From NCBI RefSeq assembly GCF_001194135.2, contig NC_068981.1, forward strand, positions 59,894,381-59,958,380: a DNA stretch of 64,000 bases, given 5' to 3'. A program made the position numbers and the translations under genes. How positions within the stretch are numbered: the first letter of the stretch is position 1; each line of letters opens with the position of its first letter. The notes under the pieces were generated by a model. That model saw only the letters and a list, made by a program, of their open reading frames with translations. It was not told the origin of the DNA and did not search any database. The DNA is from Octopus bimaculoides (taxonomy: Eukaryota). Below are positions 24,015 to 36,643 of the stretch, piece by piece.

Positions 24015-25770
24015 TCCGTAGGAGCTTTCGCTTGTAGCGGTATGTGTTGGAATCGGGTGTATTTATAAATTTTGTTCCACGAGAGGATCTGATTTTTGAT
24101 TCGTTGAAGTACTGGTGATGTCTTGTTTTTCCGGTGCAGCGATGGGGACGAGGCTAGCCCCTAGTTTTACCAACCTTGTCATGGCATACTTGGAAATCCA
24201 AATATACGAACACGCTAGACTGAAATTTGAGGACAACTTCCAAAACTACTTACTCACCAACTGGAAACACTAACTGGATGACTGTTTCATTCTGTGGCCA
24301 TATAACCTTGAACCCCTCTCAAAATTTAAAAACTTAACAGCATTAACCACAGTATCTAGTTCACAATGGAATACAGCCACAAACAACTGCCCTTCCTGGA
24401 CATCTTAACCATAAAGAGAGATACTGAAATTGAAACCGACATCTTCAAAACCAACTGACTAAAAAACAATATCTTCCATTCACCTCCTGCCACCCAAAAC
24501 ATACGAAAATAAACATACCGTTCAACTTAGCGAGAAGAATTTGCACAACTTCATCAAATCCCGAAACCCAAGAAAAGCGACTCCAAGAACTTCAAAACAC
24601 ATTACTAGAAAGAAAATACCCGGCCGATCTAATCAAAAACAGAATAGAACGTGCAAAAATGATAGACATCCAAGAGTTACGGTAAACAAGAAAACACCAT
24701 GACACACTTAAAACTTTATCTTACGTATCAAACACAATCCAAGGAACATGGAATCATAAAACATCATCCACCAAAACATACCCTTCCTCGTGAAGGACCC
24801 GTGAATGAAAAAGGCACTGGAAAAACATAGGATTATTAAAAGCAAGAGACAACTGCAATCCCTAAAAAAGTTACTCACCAGCGCCAATTGCCCATCAAAA
24901 ATACAACCCCACTAGTCAAAAAGTGCAACCGCCCTAACTGCGGAATTTGCATCTTCCTTTTAGAGGGCTCATCATATCAATTTAAGTCAGGTCAAACTTT
25001 TACCATAAAAAAGCACTTCACCTGTGCTTCGAAGAACTTAATCTATGTTCTCAAATGCGGAGGGTGTGGTGGGCACTACATAGGTCAAACTAGCTTAACT
25101 TTGAGGGATAGACTTACAGTGCACAGGCAACAAATCCGAGACCCCACGACTAGGAAAATTCCCGTAAACAAACACCTCGACCAATGCCCGTAAAAGTAGA
25201 CCCGAAATACCAATTCTTCCCTCTCTATCAATGCACCGGAAACACTTTAATCCAATTCCGTTTAAATAAGGAAAGCATACTCATTAAAAAATATAAACCA
25301 CAGCTTTGAAAGAAGAAAAAACACCAAAGAGAAAAAGGAAAAAAGACTCAATTCTCCACAAAAATCAACCAGGAACAGCAAACAATTTTAAAAACTTTAG
25401 TAACAGTTTCCATCCGGATTTCGAAACCGCAACTCCAAATCACCATTCAAACACAGTTGCCGACGTCACCTACCTCTAGACTAATTAAATTTTACAAACA
25501 CTAGTTGTTGACGTCACCTAAAATCTAGACCTATGAAAACCGAGCTTCAGTAAATACAACGAAATGACCCTTTAAGAGAACCAACCAACCGGAACGACTG
25601 ATGACCGTTCCCCACAGGGAAGCCAGCCAGGCAGAACGACAAACTTGACCACAGGAAAAACAAGGCGTCACCAGTACTTTAACGAATCAAAAATCAGACC
25701 CGCTCGCGGAAAAAAAATATAAATACACCCGATTCCAAGACATACCGCTACAAGCAAACGCTCCTACGGA
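24015..25770 (+). mobile_element. Penelope-like element: RT C-terminal half, GIY-YIG endonuclease and pLTR, with inverted terminal segments
   Basis: GAAMGTRLAPSFTNLVMAYLE, LDDCFILW, LPFLDI, YLPFTSCHPKH..NIPFNLARRIC (PLE RT). ORF 24888-25193 gives CNRPNCGIC...FTCASKNLIYVLKCGGCGGHYIGQT...RLTVHRQQI...NKHL (GIY-YIG with PLE Cys/His motif). 24015-24132 is the reverse complement of 25654-25770. Confidence 0.92.
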
Positions 25771-25774
25771 GCCA

Positions 25775-27380
25775 TGTCTGGGGAAATCCTCCAGTACCAC
25801 TGCTTTACAGAAACACATGACAATTATTGATAACATTGAAATAGAGGAAACTGATGTAATATCAGCCAATGATAAAATGAACTCAAACTCAGCCACAGGC
25901 TCTTATGGTTTCTCAGAAATCCTCCTAAAGAAATGCAAAGGGATCCAGAAGACCATTACAGATCCTCTTTCAGAGATTCCTCGCAACTGAGACTTCCCAG
26001 AAGTTTTAAGTAAGATATATGTGCTATCCATAAGGGAGGTAGCAGAGCGGAAGCTAAGAATGATAAGCTTGTCTCTATAACCTTCTACGTCAGCAAAATC
26101 TTGGAATGCGTTGTCAGGAGGTAACTTGTTGCGTTCCTCGAAGATGATGACTTGCTCCCTAGTTTGGTTTTCGCTCAGGAAGAAGCTGTCTTACACAGCC
26201 GTTGCAGCATTATGACTAGATGTTGAAACAACTAATGAATCACTCAGACATGATTTTGCATAGGCTTTTGATAAGGTCGATCATGGGATGACATGTCACA
26301 AGCTCAGCATAGTCTGAAAATTGGGAGAGTAGTAACATAGCATAAGCCAGGCTGGGACAGTTAATGGTGCCCTCTCCAAAGAGACAGAAATAGTGAGTGG
26401 AGTGTCTCAAGGAACTGTCTTCGTGAGGCTGCTGTTTATAGTGGCTCCTTCTGTCATGCCATCAGTTACACAGGTAGCCATACTTACTAGTTCTACCGAC
26501 AACATAAAGACAGTGCAAGCATTCAAGGAATCGTCCGATGCTAACCTTCTACAGAAAGACATAGATGCCATATATAAATGGGCAGAAGGAAACAACATGC
26601 AATTTAATGCAGGGAAATTCCAAACCGTCCACTATCAGCTCTCTACTGCCCACAAGCCACAGCAACGACACACTAGAACAAAAGGTGCAGCAATCCTATA
26701 GTCAAGTACAATGCCTGATTTAGGAATTGAAATGAGCATGGACGCCTCGTTTCACGTACATATTACCAAGATGATGGTAATGTGCAAGAGAATCTTCGGT
26801 TGCATTCGAAGAATCCTCAAAACAAGGGACCACGAAATTATGCTGGTTCTTTGAAAGACATTTGTACTCAGCCGTTTGGACTATTGCGCTGAACTGTGAG
26901 AACGGAACTTCAGGCTGTTTGGCCGTGGTTCACTTGGAAGATTGAATCAATGGAAAAGCTGAGCTACTGGGAGAGACTGAGAGCTACGACTCTACTTCTA
27001 GGAGATGTATGCAGTGATATACATATGGAAGACCCTGGGGACCAGACTTTGGTCTCAAAAGCTATACTAGTCCCCAGAAGAGACGTCACTGTCCTGTTCC
27101 AACGGTCCCAGCTATCCCCTCTAGAGTGAGGACCATGTACTTGGCATTCAAGGGCCCACAACAATTTAATGATTTGCCAAAACATCTGAGAGTAGGAGTA
27201 AATGTTTTCAAGACACGACTGCTGTCCAGATGAACCTATATCATGGCAAGAGACTCAAAAGAGGGCAGCAATGACGAACTCCTTTCTTCACCAAAATTAA
27301 GTCGCATCTGAATGGCCATTGAAAAGCTTATTACACTGGAGGTGTTCCATGACGGTCATAGCTTTTGGGCTCAAACATAT
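25775..27380 (+). mobile_element. 5'-truncated CR1/jockey-group LINE RT remnant
   Basis: MNSNSATGSYGF..ILLKKC, DFA*AFDKVDH, SGVSQGTV...LLFI, LQKDIDAIYKWAEGNNMQFNAGKFQ, LSYWERL. Many stops and frameshifts. Confidence 0.88.
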
Positions 27381-27482
27381 AAAAGAATATATATACATAT
27401 GTTTGTTTGTTCGTATGTTTGTTTGTTCGTATGTTTCTTTTTTTCTGTATTTAATCTTTTTCTCTTTGATTTTCACATCAAC

Positions 27483-27660
27483 AGGATAGCTAACATCTGT
27501 AACGGTACATATTTTTCTTGTCTATCCCAAGCAACAATATCCGGCATGTTATGTTTATATTTGACAAATGTTTTGATGGGAATGTTCCACCAATACTCCT
27601 TGTGCTGGTATTTGCGTACGTATCCAATAACAGGGGTATTCTCTATATTTAATCCAAAGC
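27483..27660 (-). mobile_element. Fragment of an R4/REL-type non-LTR element (same family as 58075-58745)
   Basis: The reverse complement matches 58310-58470 (HKYQH..YWWNIPIKT..K..HNMPDI), part of the restriction-like endonuclease region. Confidence 0.8.
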
Positions 27661-28080
27661 TTAATGGTTCAACATGATGAAATGGCTAGAAGAAAGAGGC
27701 TGAGTGAAAGGGAGATAATAACGGTTAGTCGGCCAAACTAAGGTGCGCAAGCGCGTGTGTCGTAGGTGAGAATAGCGTGTGTGAGTGTGTATGTGTGAAT
27801 GGGGGCTAGTGCGTGTGGATGTGTGTTTGTGTGCGAGCTTAAAATTATGTGGGCCTGTGTGTGTGGAAGTGTATAAGTAACTTAGTGCGCATATTTTGTG
27901 GAGTGATATGCGTTTCTTGTACTGGTGTGTATGTGTTTGCGCGTATGGACGTATGTACATATGTGCGGGGATATATTGCGATGATGTGAGAAGCGGTGAT
28001 GAGTGACAATTCTGTAAAAAATAGTAATATTTTATCAGCTTAAAGCTTTTAAGAGATCACCGTGTGTTGACGAAGGAAAA

Positions 28081-28504
28081 TAGTCTAATACTGGGGCATA
28101 TAAGCCCTAGTCAGAAAAAACGTGGGTTTTCTGTACGCATAGGAATCGTACCCACACCGCTATATATTCACAATATGAAATTATCGTTCTTAAATCTAAC
28201 GGGAAGAAGTGAGACCTATAATTTCCTATTTTGAATACATAGAGGTATGGGTTCGAGTCTCATGCGTAAAGAAAACCCACTTTTCCGTAGAGGGCATATG
28301 TGCACCAATGTTAAACGCACACACTTGTTTGTTTATATAAAAAAATATCACTAGGAAATTATGGTTCTTAAATCTAACGGGAAGAAGTGAGTGGTACGTT
28401 GGCGTAAATGGTAGCATACTTATCAGGCATATATAGGGTCGAGTCCCACGCGTACGGAAGACCGACTTTCTCCGTCAAGGGTTATGTGCCTCAATATTAG
28501 ACTA
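28081..28504. mobile_element. TIR-bounded non-autonomous element containing repeated tRNA B-box-like modules
   Basis: Left end tagtctaatactggggcatataagccct (28081-28108) is an imperfect inverted repeat of agggttatgtgcctcaatattagacta (28478-28504), with TA at both outer ends. There is an internal direct repeat gaaattat.gttcttaaatctaacgggaagaagtgag at ~28177-28213 and ~28355-28391. Confidence 0.7.
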
Positions 28505-29822
28505 TATTCTTTAGTCAATACATGGTAATCGCTCATAAGTCTTAAGCAAAGAAAATATTATATTTGTGTGTGAATGTATATTGTATCATTATCACCATAT
28601 CTACTCGCCTGGATTCCTCTTACAGCCATTCTTTACCCCGCCGACTTAGTTCTCAGTAAAGGTTTCGCAGTCTAAGTTTAAATCACTTGAACGCTATGAA
28701 GTGTTTTCTATATTGAGCATCTCTGGACCTTACTTGTTAGCTCCCTGCCTGTCTCTCACCCCCCCATATATATATATANNNNNNNNNNNNNNNNNNNNNN
28801 NNNNNNNNNNNNNNNNNNNNNNNNNNNNNNNNNNNNNNNNNNNNNNNNNNNNNNNNNNNNNNNNNNNNNNNNNNNNNNNNNNNNNNNNNNNNNNNNNNNN
28901 NNNNNNNNNNNNNNNNNNNNNNNNNNNNNNNNNNNNNNNNNNNNNNNNNNNNNNNNNNNNNNNNNNNNNNNNNNNNNNNNNNNNNNNNNNNNNNNNNNNN
29001 NNNNNNNNNNNNNNNNNNNNNNNNNNNNNNNNNNNNNNNNNNNNNNNNNNNNNNNNNNNNNNNNNNNNNNNNNNNNNNNNNNNNNNNNNNNNNNNNNNNN
29101 NNNNNNNNNNNNNNNNNNNNNNNNNNNNNNNNNNNNNNNNNNNNNNNNNNNNNNNNNNNNNNNNNNNNNNNNNNNNNNNNNNNNNNNNNNNNNNNNNNNN
29201 NNNNNNNNNNNNNNNNNNNNNNNNNNNNNNNNNNNNNNNNNNNNNNNNNNNNNNNNNNNNNNNNNNNNNNNNNNNNNNNNNNNNNNNNNNNNNNNNNNNN
29301 NNNNNNNNNNNNNNNNNNNNNNNNNNNNNNNNNNNNNNNNNNNNNNNNNNNNNNNNNNNNNNNNNNNNNNNNNNNNNNNNNNNNNNNNNNNNNNNNNNNN
29401 NNNNNNNNNNNNNNNNNNNNNNNNNNNNNNNNNNNNTCTAATTTCAGTGGAATCTATCCACTGGTTTTCAGAAATAGAGTTATTAATATTTCTAAGTCTC
29501 TCTAAAGGAGACTACGGCAGCGGTACTGGAAATTAATAGTTATCGCCAAGCCAACATGGCAGTCCCAAAATTAGGACGAAAGCTGCCGTGAATTAGCTCC
29601 AAGAAGCCATCGCCTCTAGCTAGCTATGTGACACACGAACCTGTGTCCTTTATAACCTTCGAACAGGGGAGGTCAGCAGTGTCCCCCTGCTGGTTTGGCA
29701 TCTGCAGACTAGACTAGTTTCAGGGTGTTGCCCCTTGTATATATATATATACCCACGCCAACAAACCTATATGTGTATGTGTGTGTTGCATGTATACACA
29801 CACAAACACATACATATGTGAT

Positions 29823-30144
29823 GGAGCGTAGGTTTAGTGGTTAGGATACTTGGCTCATGATTGTAAATTCGTAGTTTGATTTCCGGCGGCGCATTGTGTA
29901 CTTGAACAAAACACTTTATTTCACATTGCTCCAAGTCCACTCAGCTGGCAAAAATGTGTTGCACTTGTAATCTAAAGGACCGACCGTGTCACAGTCTGTT
30001 TCACGCTGAATCTCCCTGAGAAATATGTTAAAGGTACTTGGTTCTGTGAAGTACTCAACCGGTTGAACGGCAGTTTCAAGAACAGGCTGTTCCATTGATA
30101 GGATCAACTGGAACGCTCGTCATCGTAACCAACGGAATGCCAGT
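29823..30144 (+). mobile_element. tRNA-derived SINE
   Basis: Degenerate A-box (ggtttagtggttagg) and B-box (gtagtttgatttcc), followed by ttgtgtacttgaacaaaacactttatttcac, a post-tRNA segment shared with 47650-47958. Confidence 0.7.
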
Positions 30145-32340
30145 TACCTTAACATGTATATATAAACATACTCTCTTTCATACAGAAGCACATTTTTACA
30201 TACACGTATAAATTAAGACATGTAGGCTTGGGAACAGGGCGTGCAAGCGCACATACTAAACTTTTGGCAGGTCAATGAAAGGGCTTTGAATCATCTGGGT
30301 TGGATCTGATTTGAACCCTCAAGACAAATTTTGTTTCTGCTTTTAAAGATCTAGTGTAATAGATTTTTACTATTCGTGCTTCAGACCCATAATGTAGCTC
30401 TGTAGAAAGAACTTTACAGTATCATTAACGAGAAGAAAAGTAATTAGAGTGATAATTTCAGTTAAACTGTATGAGTTGTTTTTGACGTATGACTTGTTAA
30501 TAATTCACTATAATGGTCTATTCTGGGAACTAGTTGTTGCAGCTTTTTTCTTTTTCTTTTTTTTTTTTTTTGCTTTTGACTTTGTTAATCGTGCAGTAGT
30601 TATTTTTTATAGGATCAAAATTACTTTGCCTGCATGAGATTATACTTAACTTCCTCGAATTTATATCTTCAAGTATTTTCAATGCTTTGATCATGCAACG
30701 CCTACGTATTTTTCCGTTATTCCTATATCATGTGGCTGTTGCTGTAATACTTTATTGCATATTACTGTCGGCACCTCTAGACTTTTTACTCGATACATGT
30801 TTTGCTTGTGAAATTGCATTGTTTGATATTTTGTTAGCAATTGTGTCATGGTACATGCTATAGCGGCCTTTAAGGGGAATTGATATGGAACCAATATAAT
30901 ATCGAGTGTCAGCTTTAGTAATGACATTATAATTACCTACAAGGCGACTGTAAGTCGCTGTCTTATATTTACAGGTTAATGAGTCTCGCAGAGAGCCTTA
31001 AAGGACCTAGTAAATTGGTATTTTACATTAGGTTGCATTCAATGTATTTCTTAATCATGTGAAATATTAGAGTAATCAACGTAATCAGCTAGGTAAGGTA
31101 TTGTTGAGAATGAGGACTTAGCCGTGAATCTTAAAGATGGTATGATGGTTATGCTCAAGTGGAAAGTTCTACGTTAGCATATCGAAAAAAATCTTACCTA
31201 CGTTTTTTTGTTCGTTCCTTGCGTAAAAGCCTTGTATCAAGTTACGCTTACGTCCCTAGATTGTTTCGCTCTAGTCCTGTCAGTATATGTCAGTTGTTTT
31301 CAGAAGATATCTTATATCTATAATTATTCGTTTTATATTGATATAGATGTGTAATTTATTTGAATTACTTCGGGTATAGTCGTAGAACTATTGCTGTTAG
31401 CCAGTTTATACTTGAGATTTTGAAAATTGAGTTTTGGGCCTAGGATCACTATTATTTGCAGTTGTAGGAACTGTTCTCTGCTCTGTATTTGTCTCCTGAG
31501 AGTATTTATCTCTTTATTAACAGCTTTCCCATGATTAGTTCCAGATCGATTTTTTTCGTATTATCTTATTTCTATCTATATATTATAGTTCCATGCTTCT
31601 AAATTTAGCATTACATATATTAGTTTTTAATTATCCTGTATCATTATTTTGATTTAGATATGGATTAGGAAGACAATAAATGTTTTATGGACTGTTTAAA
31701 TTTTGGGAGAGTATTAAGATTAGGGTGTTGTTTCTTGATCATGTGTAGGAATCTACGGCACTAAATCTCTTACTTTGCTTGTTTCATTATAATATTCTAT
31801 GCTCATCTTTAAATATTTATATACTTACTGACAATTTAACTATTCTAAATGAAATACTACTTATAAAACTGTCGTTAAAACTGCAATGCTTAGAGTGTTT
31901 CTGTAATATAGGTTTTCATATCGCTTATGTAAAGGAGTATGTAAGCCTATGTTAAAACCGAATTTAATGAAATGAAATCTGATTGCTCCCTTACTTCTAC
32001 TCCTTAGCTCAGATACAATGGAGACAACACTATTTAATTTCTTCTTGAGCGTACTGCATAAAGATTGTCTGGTTTTCCACTTCGTATTTAAGTAAAGTCC
32101 GTGAAACAATTCAGCACAGTAGTTATGGCCTGTGAAACAATAACACTGTTCTGTATCCATTGTAAATCTTAGACATTATTTATGTTTATTACGCGATCTC
32201 TGGGGATTTGATAATGAAATTTGCTTATAGGCATTTTTTCTTATATGATAGCTATCATTGTTATTGAAATGTGCGCACGGTGACTTAAGCAAATCAATTT
32301 TAAGCTTTCTCTATAAATATGGTTTGTATACACACACACA

Positions 32341-32376
<36 letters not shown>

Positions 32377-32597
32377 CACACACATATATATGTATGTATG
32401 TATGTATGTATGAAAGTATGTATGTGAATATGCACATGACAATTAACTGTGGGTTAGCGTATTACTAAGAGTAAATGTTCACTTCTTATTTTAAGATCTT
32501 TTACACAGTTGTGCGCGTAAATGTATATATATACATGTACTTGTGTGTGTATGTGTGTGTTGTGCGTGCGTGTGTGTGGTGCTTACAAACACGCCCG

Positions 32598-32677
<80 letters not shown>

Positions 32678-32949
32678 AAATATCATATTTCTAAATCTCT
32701 CAAAGAGATTTAAGCAATTGTGTCAAGGCCGACCGGAAGCGGTCCANNNNNNNNNNNNNNNNNNNNNNNNNNNNNNNNNNNNNNNNNNNNNNNNNNNNNN
32801 NNNNNNNNNNNNNNNNNNNNNNNNNNNNNNNNNNNNNNNNNNNNNNNNNNNNNNNNNNNNNNNNNNNNNNNNNNNNNNNNNNNNNNNNNNNNNNNNNNNN
32901 NNNNNNNNNNNNNNNNNNNNNNTATATATATGTATATATATACATGTAA

Positions 32950-33147
32950 TGAGTAGGTACTGAAAGGTTCCTGGTTTTAAGGGTATTGCGAAAGGCCTGG
33001 TTGGAAATTCAAGGTTCTTCTACTGGGCTTAGAAAAATTGAAGGGCTGCTGCAATAAATGTGTGAATCTGAACGAGGTATATGTTGAATAAAATCATAAT
33101 TAACTGATCCTCTGTACTCAAAGCTAGGAACTTTACAGCACCCCTCG
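32950..33147. mobile_element. Mariner-derived MITE (~200 bp)
   Basis: Left end tgagtaggtactgaaaggttcctggtttt and right end aaagctaggaactttacagcacccctcg|TA form imperfect TIRs of the mariner type TA|CGAGGGGTGCTG... Confidence 0.7.
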
Positions 33148-33153
33148 TATGTA

Positions 33154-33196
<43 letters not shown>

Positions 33197-33335
33197 TTCA
33201 CAGATGAGATCCAGAGATCCTCCGTATAGAAGACACTTAATACTGCTGAAAAGTTTCCGATGTCTTTGCAAGGGATCATTCCACAAGGTAAAGGAAGGCT
33301 TATAGGAGGGATCCAGTTGAGCGGGTTTAGAAGAA

Positions 33336-34780
33336 ATTATACGGATAAAAGAAATTAGACGACACATCAAATATATCAAATGTATTAAGCATCAAATTCA
33401 AAATATGTATACATGTATACATGCAAAACGTTAGGAAGCAAAAGTGGAAACTTTCAGATGATGAATGTTTATGTATAAATATATAAATATCAATATTAAT
33501 AGGTTCAACTTACAGAGAGTACAATTGATAGAGAAATTAAATGGGTGGAAGAAAAGTGTTATAAGTCCAACAACTCTTTCTCGGAGCTCGGTGATCCATA
33601 ATAATGTTGGTAGATTTAGTACATCCCAATATGCTGTCGTATGGATGCAGTCAACATTAAATGAGAGTAGCGTATGGATATAGTGGGTTAGAAGAATTTG
33701 CAAAGGTAACAATGAGAAAGAATAATTCAATAAGAAGGGTGTTTTTAGTTGAGGTTTGTAAGTTGCTAGGCTGATCTTATCGTTCCTCAAGGTTAATTTT
33801 AGTTAAGGTTACTTATAGTTATGGTCGTAATGAGAATTTGTGGCGAAAGATAGCGATTCTCTTAAACGAAATTTACACATACTGATATTTGCATTGTATG
33901 TGGGAGCCTCACTTATGGCGGTCCAGGATAAGGTATAGGGAACATTTTCAGATTTGAGGTTGTATATATAAGTTGCTAAGGTGGTAGATAATTTAGAATT
34001 TGAATTAGAGAAAGAGTCCATGTGTGCACGGTAGCGGCGCTTGAAATCAATTGTGCCTCCGATTGCTTGGTGGAGAGCTTAGTGATGTAGACCATTACTT
34101 GGTGGGAGCTTGGTGATGTAACACGACACTTGTAGGCTATATTTACTAGTTTGACCCAAGTCTGATTTGGCGAGGAAGATCAGTCTAATAGAAGGCTTAG
34201 TGGAGAAGTTGGGTTAGTGGTGTTTCAAGGTGAAGTGTGTGTGTGTGCGTGTGAGTGAGTGTGTGTGTGTGTGTGAGTGAGTGTGTGTGTGTGTGTGAAT
34301 GAGTGTGTGTGTGTGTGAGTGAGTGTGTGTGTGTAGGTGTATATGGTTCAGTTCTATTTAGTAAGTTTAGATCAGCGATGTGGTTACAGTGGATGTTTTT
34401 TATTGTCCTTAAGGGCATTCCTATGCACGTGTTTGTAATTTGCGAGGCTCATCTCATCCAATGTTAATTGCATCCATACAACAGTATATTGGGATGTACT
34501 AAATCTATCAACATCCTTATGGATCGCTGAGCTCCCAGAAATAGCTGTTGGAATTATAACACTTTTCTTCCACTCCTTAATTTTCTCTGTCATTTGTACT
34601 CTGCGTAAGTTGGACCTATTAATATAAATATCTATATATTTATAAATAAACATTCATCATCTGACAGTTTCTACCTTTTGTTTCCTCTCCTTTTGAATGT
34701 ATACATATATACATATTTTGAATTTGATGTTTAATATATTTAATGTTCGATGTGTCGTCTAATTTGTTTTCTCCGTTTAA
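33336..34780 (-). mobile_element. Penelope-like element, internally deleted, with ~330-bp inverted terminal segments
   Basis: The minus strand reads RT N-terminal region DLNLLNRTEPYTP...KPSIRLIFLAKSDLGQTSK fused directly to GIY-YIG IAYKCRVT...FKRRYRAHMDSF...STTLATYIYNLK...YTLSW...MCKF.L.E. Segment 33336-33666 is a diverged reverse complement of 34452-34780. Confidence 0.85.
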
Positions 34781-36035
34781 TAACATTATGCCAATGTTAT
34801 TAACACATACACTGGTTCAATTCCACGCTTTCATTATTAGTCAACTGGTTAAATATCTTACTCACTAATCGATTGTTTGTTTACTTTGCATAATCAGTAA
34901 ATCATTTATTCTGTTTTTGTTTATCAAAGCTCTTTCGATGCTACTTGCAAAGTAAAGCAAAACAAATGGCTTACTGTTTAACCAAGTCAAACAAGATAAT
35001 AAAGCAGTGGAATTAAACCAGTGCATGTGTTAATAATATTGGTGTAATGAACTTCCATAGACACAACAAAGTTTACTTCAACACTCGAATCCGCATAAAG
35101 AATCTTGCAAACCAGATATAAAAACGAAATATATGCATATGTTTATATTGCTCGGAGAAATATAAAACTCGATATCATAGTTCGTTATATTATATTGCTT
35201 GTTGCTGTAGAAAGAATCTTCTTTGTCAATTTCACTTTGTAATTTATTTTTCAGGCTTCTTGTCATTGAGAACGCACATGTTTAGTAAAGGATGTTGAAG
35301 TGTTTTTTTTTGTTTTGTTTTTTAAGTGTATGTGATAAAAGAATGATGCTAATTGTCATCCAAGGTGTATTCAAATGTGATAACTTACATAAAGCTGGAA
35401 GGAAAAACGTTTGCATACTATCACTGAATAAGAAAAAATTGGTTTAGAATTTCTGAATCACATCAAATCACGTCAAGGATTACATGTATTCAATAGACGG
35501 TGCCAACGAATGATAGCTCTAATCAAAAGAATCACTAACTCTGACGTCAGAATTTGGCAACTATCTTTTCGTGTGTGAAAGAGATAGATATTTATCTGTT
35601 TTAATATTAGAAGTTGAACGGCGAATACTCTTAATTGTTATACCATTTGTATTTTATTTTGTGCATGCAGGAAGACAACCAAAAGCAAGATGGCTGACCT
35701 AAACTTATAAAATCTCGATAAAAATGAAAATATATAATAAAACGGATATTCTCTTCCTAGGAATCAAATGTCATTTAGAATAAATACGTCTGTTTCCATA
35801 TATGCTTAGGTTTTACTTATTTTTAAGTATGCAAAAAATTATGTTCTTCACCGCTTCAACTTATTTACACACTCGCAAATCTTTCAGCAGACATGCTTTG
35901 ATTTTCCAACCAACCTCTTTCTTCCGACCGTTTCATCACGTTGAATCGATAATTCCTACACATTTTTTCTCTCTCTAGGTCTTTTTTTCTTTCTCCCTCC
36001 TTTTTTTTTTTTCATCTTAACCATTTCTCTCAAAG

Positions 36036-36642
36036 AGCGTAGGCACGAAATGTCTGACGGGCAGAACACACCCCTTCCAGGGAAAGCGGAAGAGCAAGCA
36101 CTGCAGTTTCATCAGTCACAAAGCAGGGCAAGAGATAACAGTTCGCCACCTTCTCCCGACCCTTCAGCGATAACTTCCTATCTGCTCAATTCTGAGTGAG
36201 ACTGGCCACACTACTCGTTCCCTCCCCCCAGTTCTTGTCCACCTGGAGGTCTGGACCAAACCAGACCCCGAGTAATTACACCGGGCCTTCCGTCCAGCGC
36301 ATTACGACGCTGTGCCTAGCTGCAGGCCCACCGGCTGCAGCACCACCACTCCCCGGTACACAACACTGGGAATTCTCTCGTTCTGATGCCTATTGTGATA
36401 GATATCTGCCAAGAAATCACCGAACAAGTATGGCATATGAAAATAAAGGTAGAAGGACGGATCATCCAGCCTCGGAGACTTCACTCTTGCGCAGCTAATC
36501 ATCGTCTCCCGTATATCTTCTGTTCTTATCGGCATTTCGCAGTACTCCGCATTCTTGGCCGAGAGGTGTGAGACGTCACTGTGATAAGACTTTAAATCCA
36601 CCTCCGTCCCCGACACACCGAGCGCCCCGTACAATTCGGCAC
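36036..36642 (-). mobile_element. L1/Tx1-like LINE segment (minus arm), RT core deleted
   Basis: CEMPIRTEDIRETMISCARVKSPRLDD..F.LY.HMPYLFGDFLADIY...RIPSVVYRGVVVL is joined to PVGLQLGT...RWTEGPV.LLGVWFGPDLQVDKNW (post-RT region). Confidence 0.85.
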
Positions 36643-36643
36643 A

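Noticed and set aside
30700-30935. Two overlapping open minus-strand frames after an acceptor-like ccttgtag
   Set aside because: Ambiguous frame, weak donor and no recognisable protein.
33440-33465. GAAAC..TC.AGATGATGA as a permuted hammerhead in the Penelope arm (also at ~34655-34675)
   Set aside because: The core C is missing, there is no room for stem I, and it is antisense to the element.
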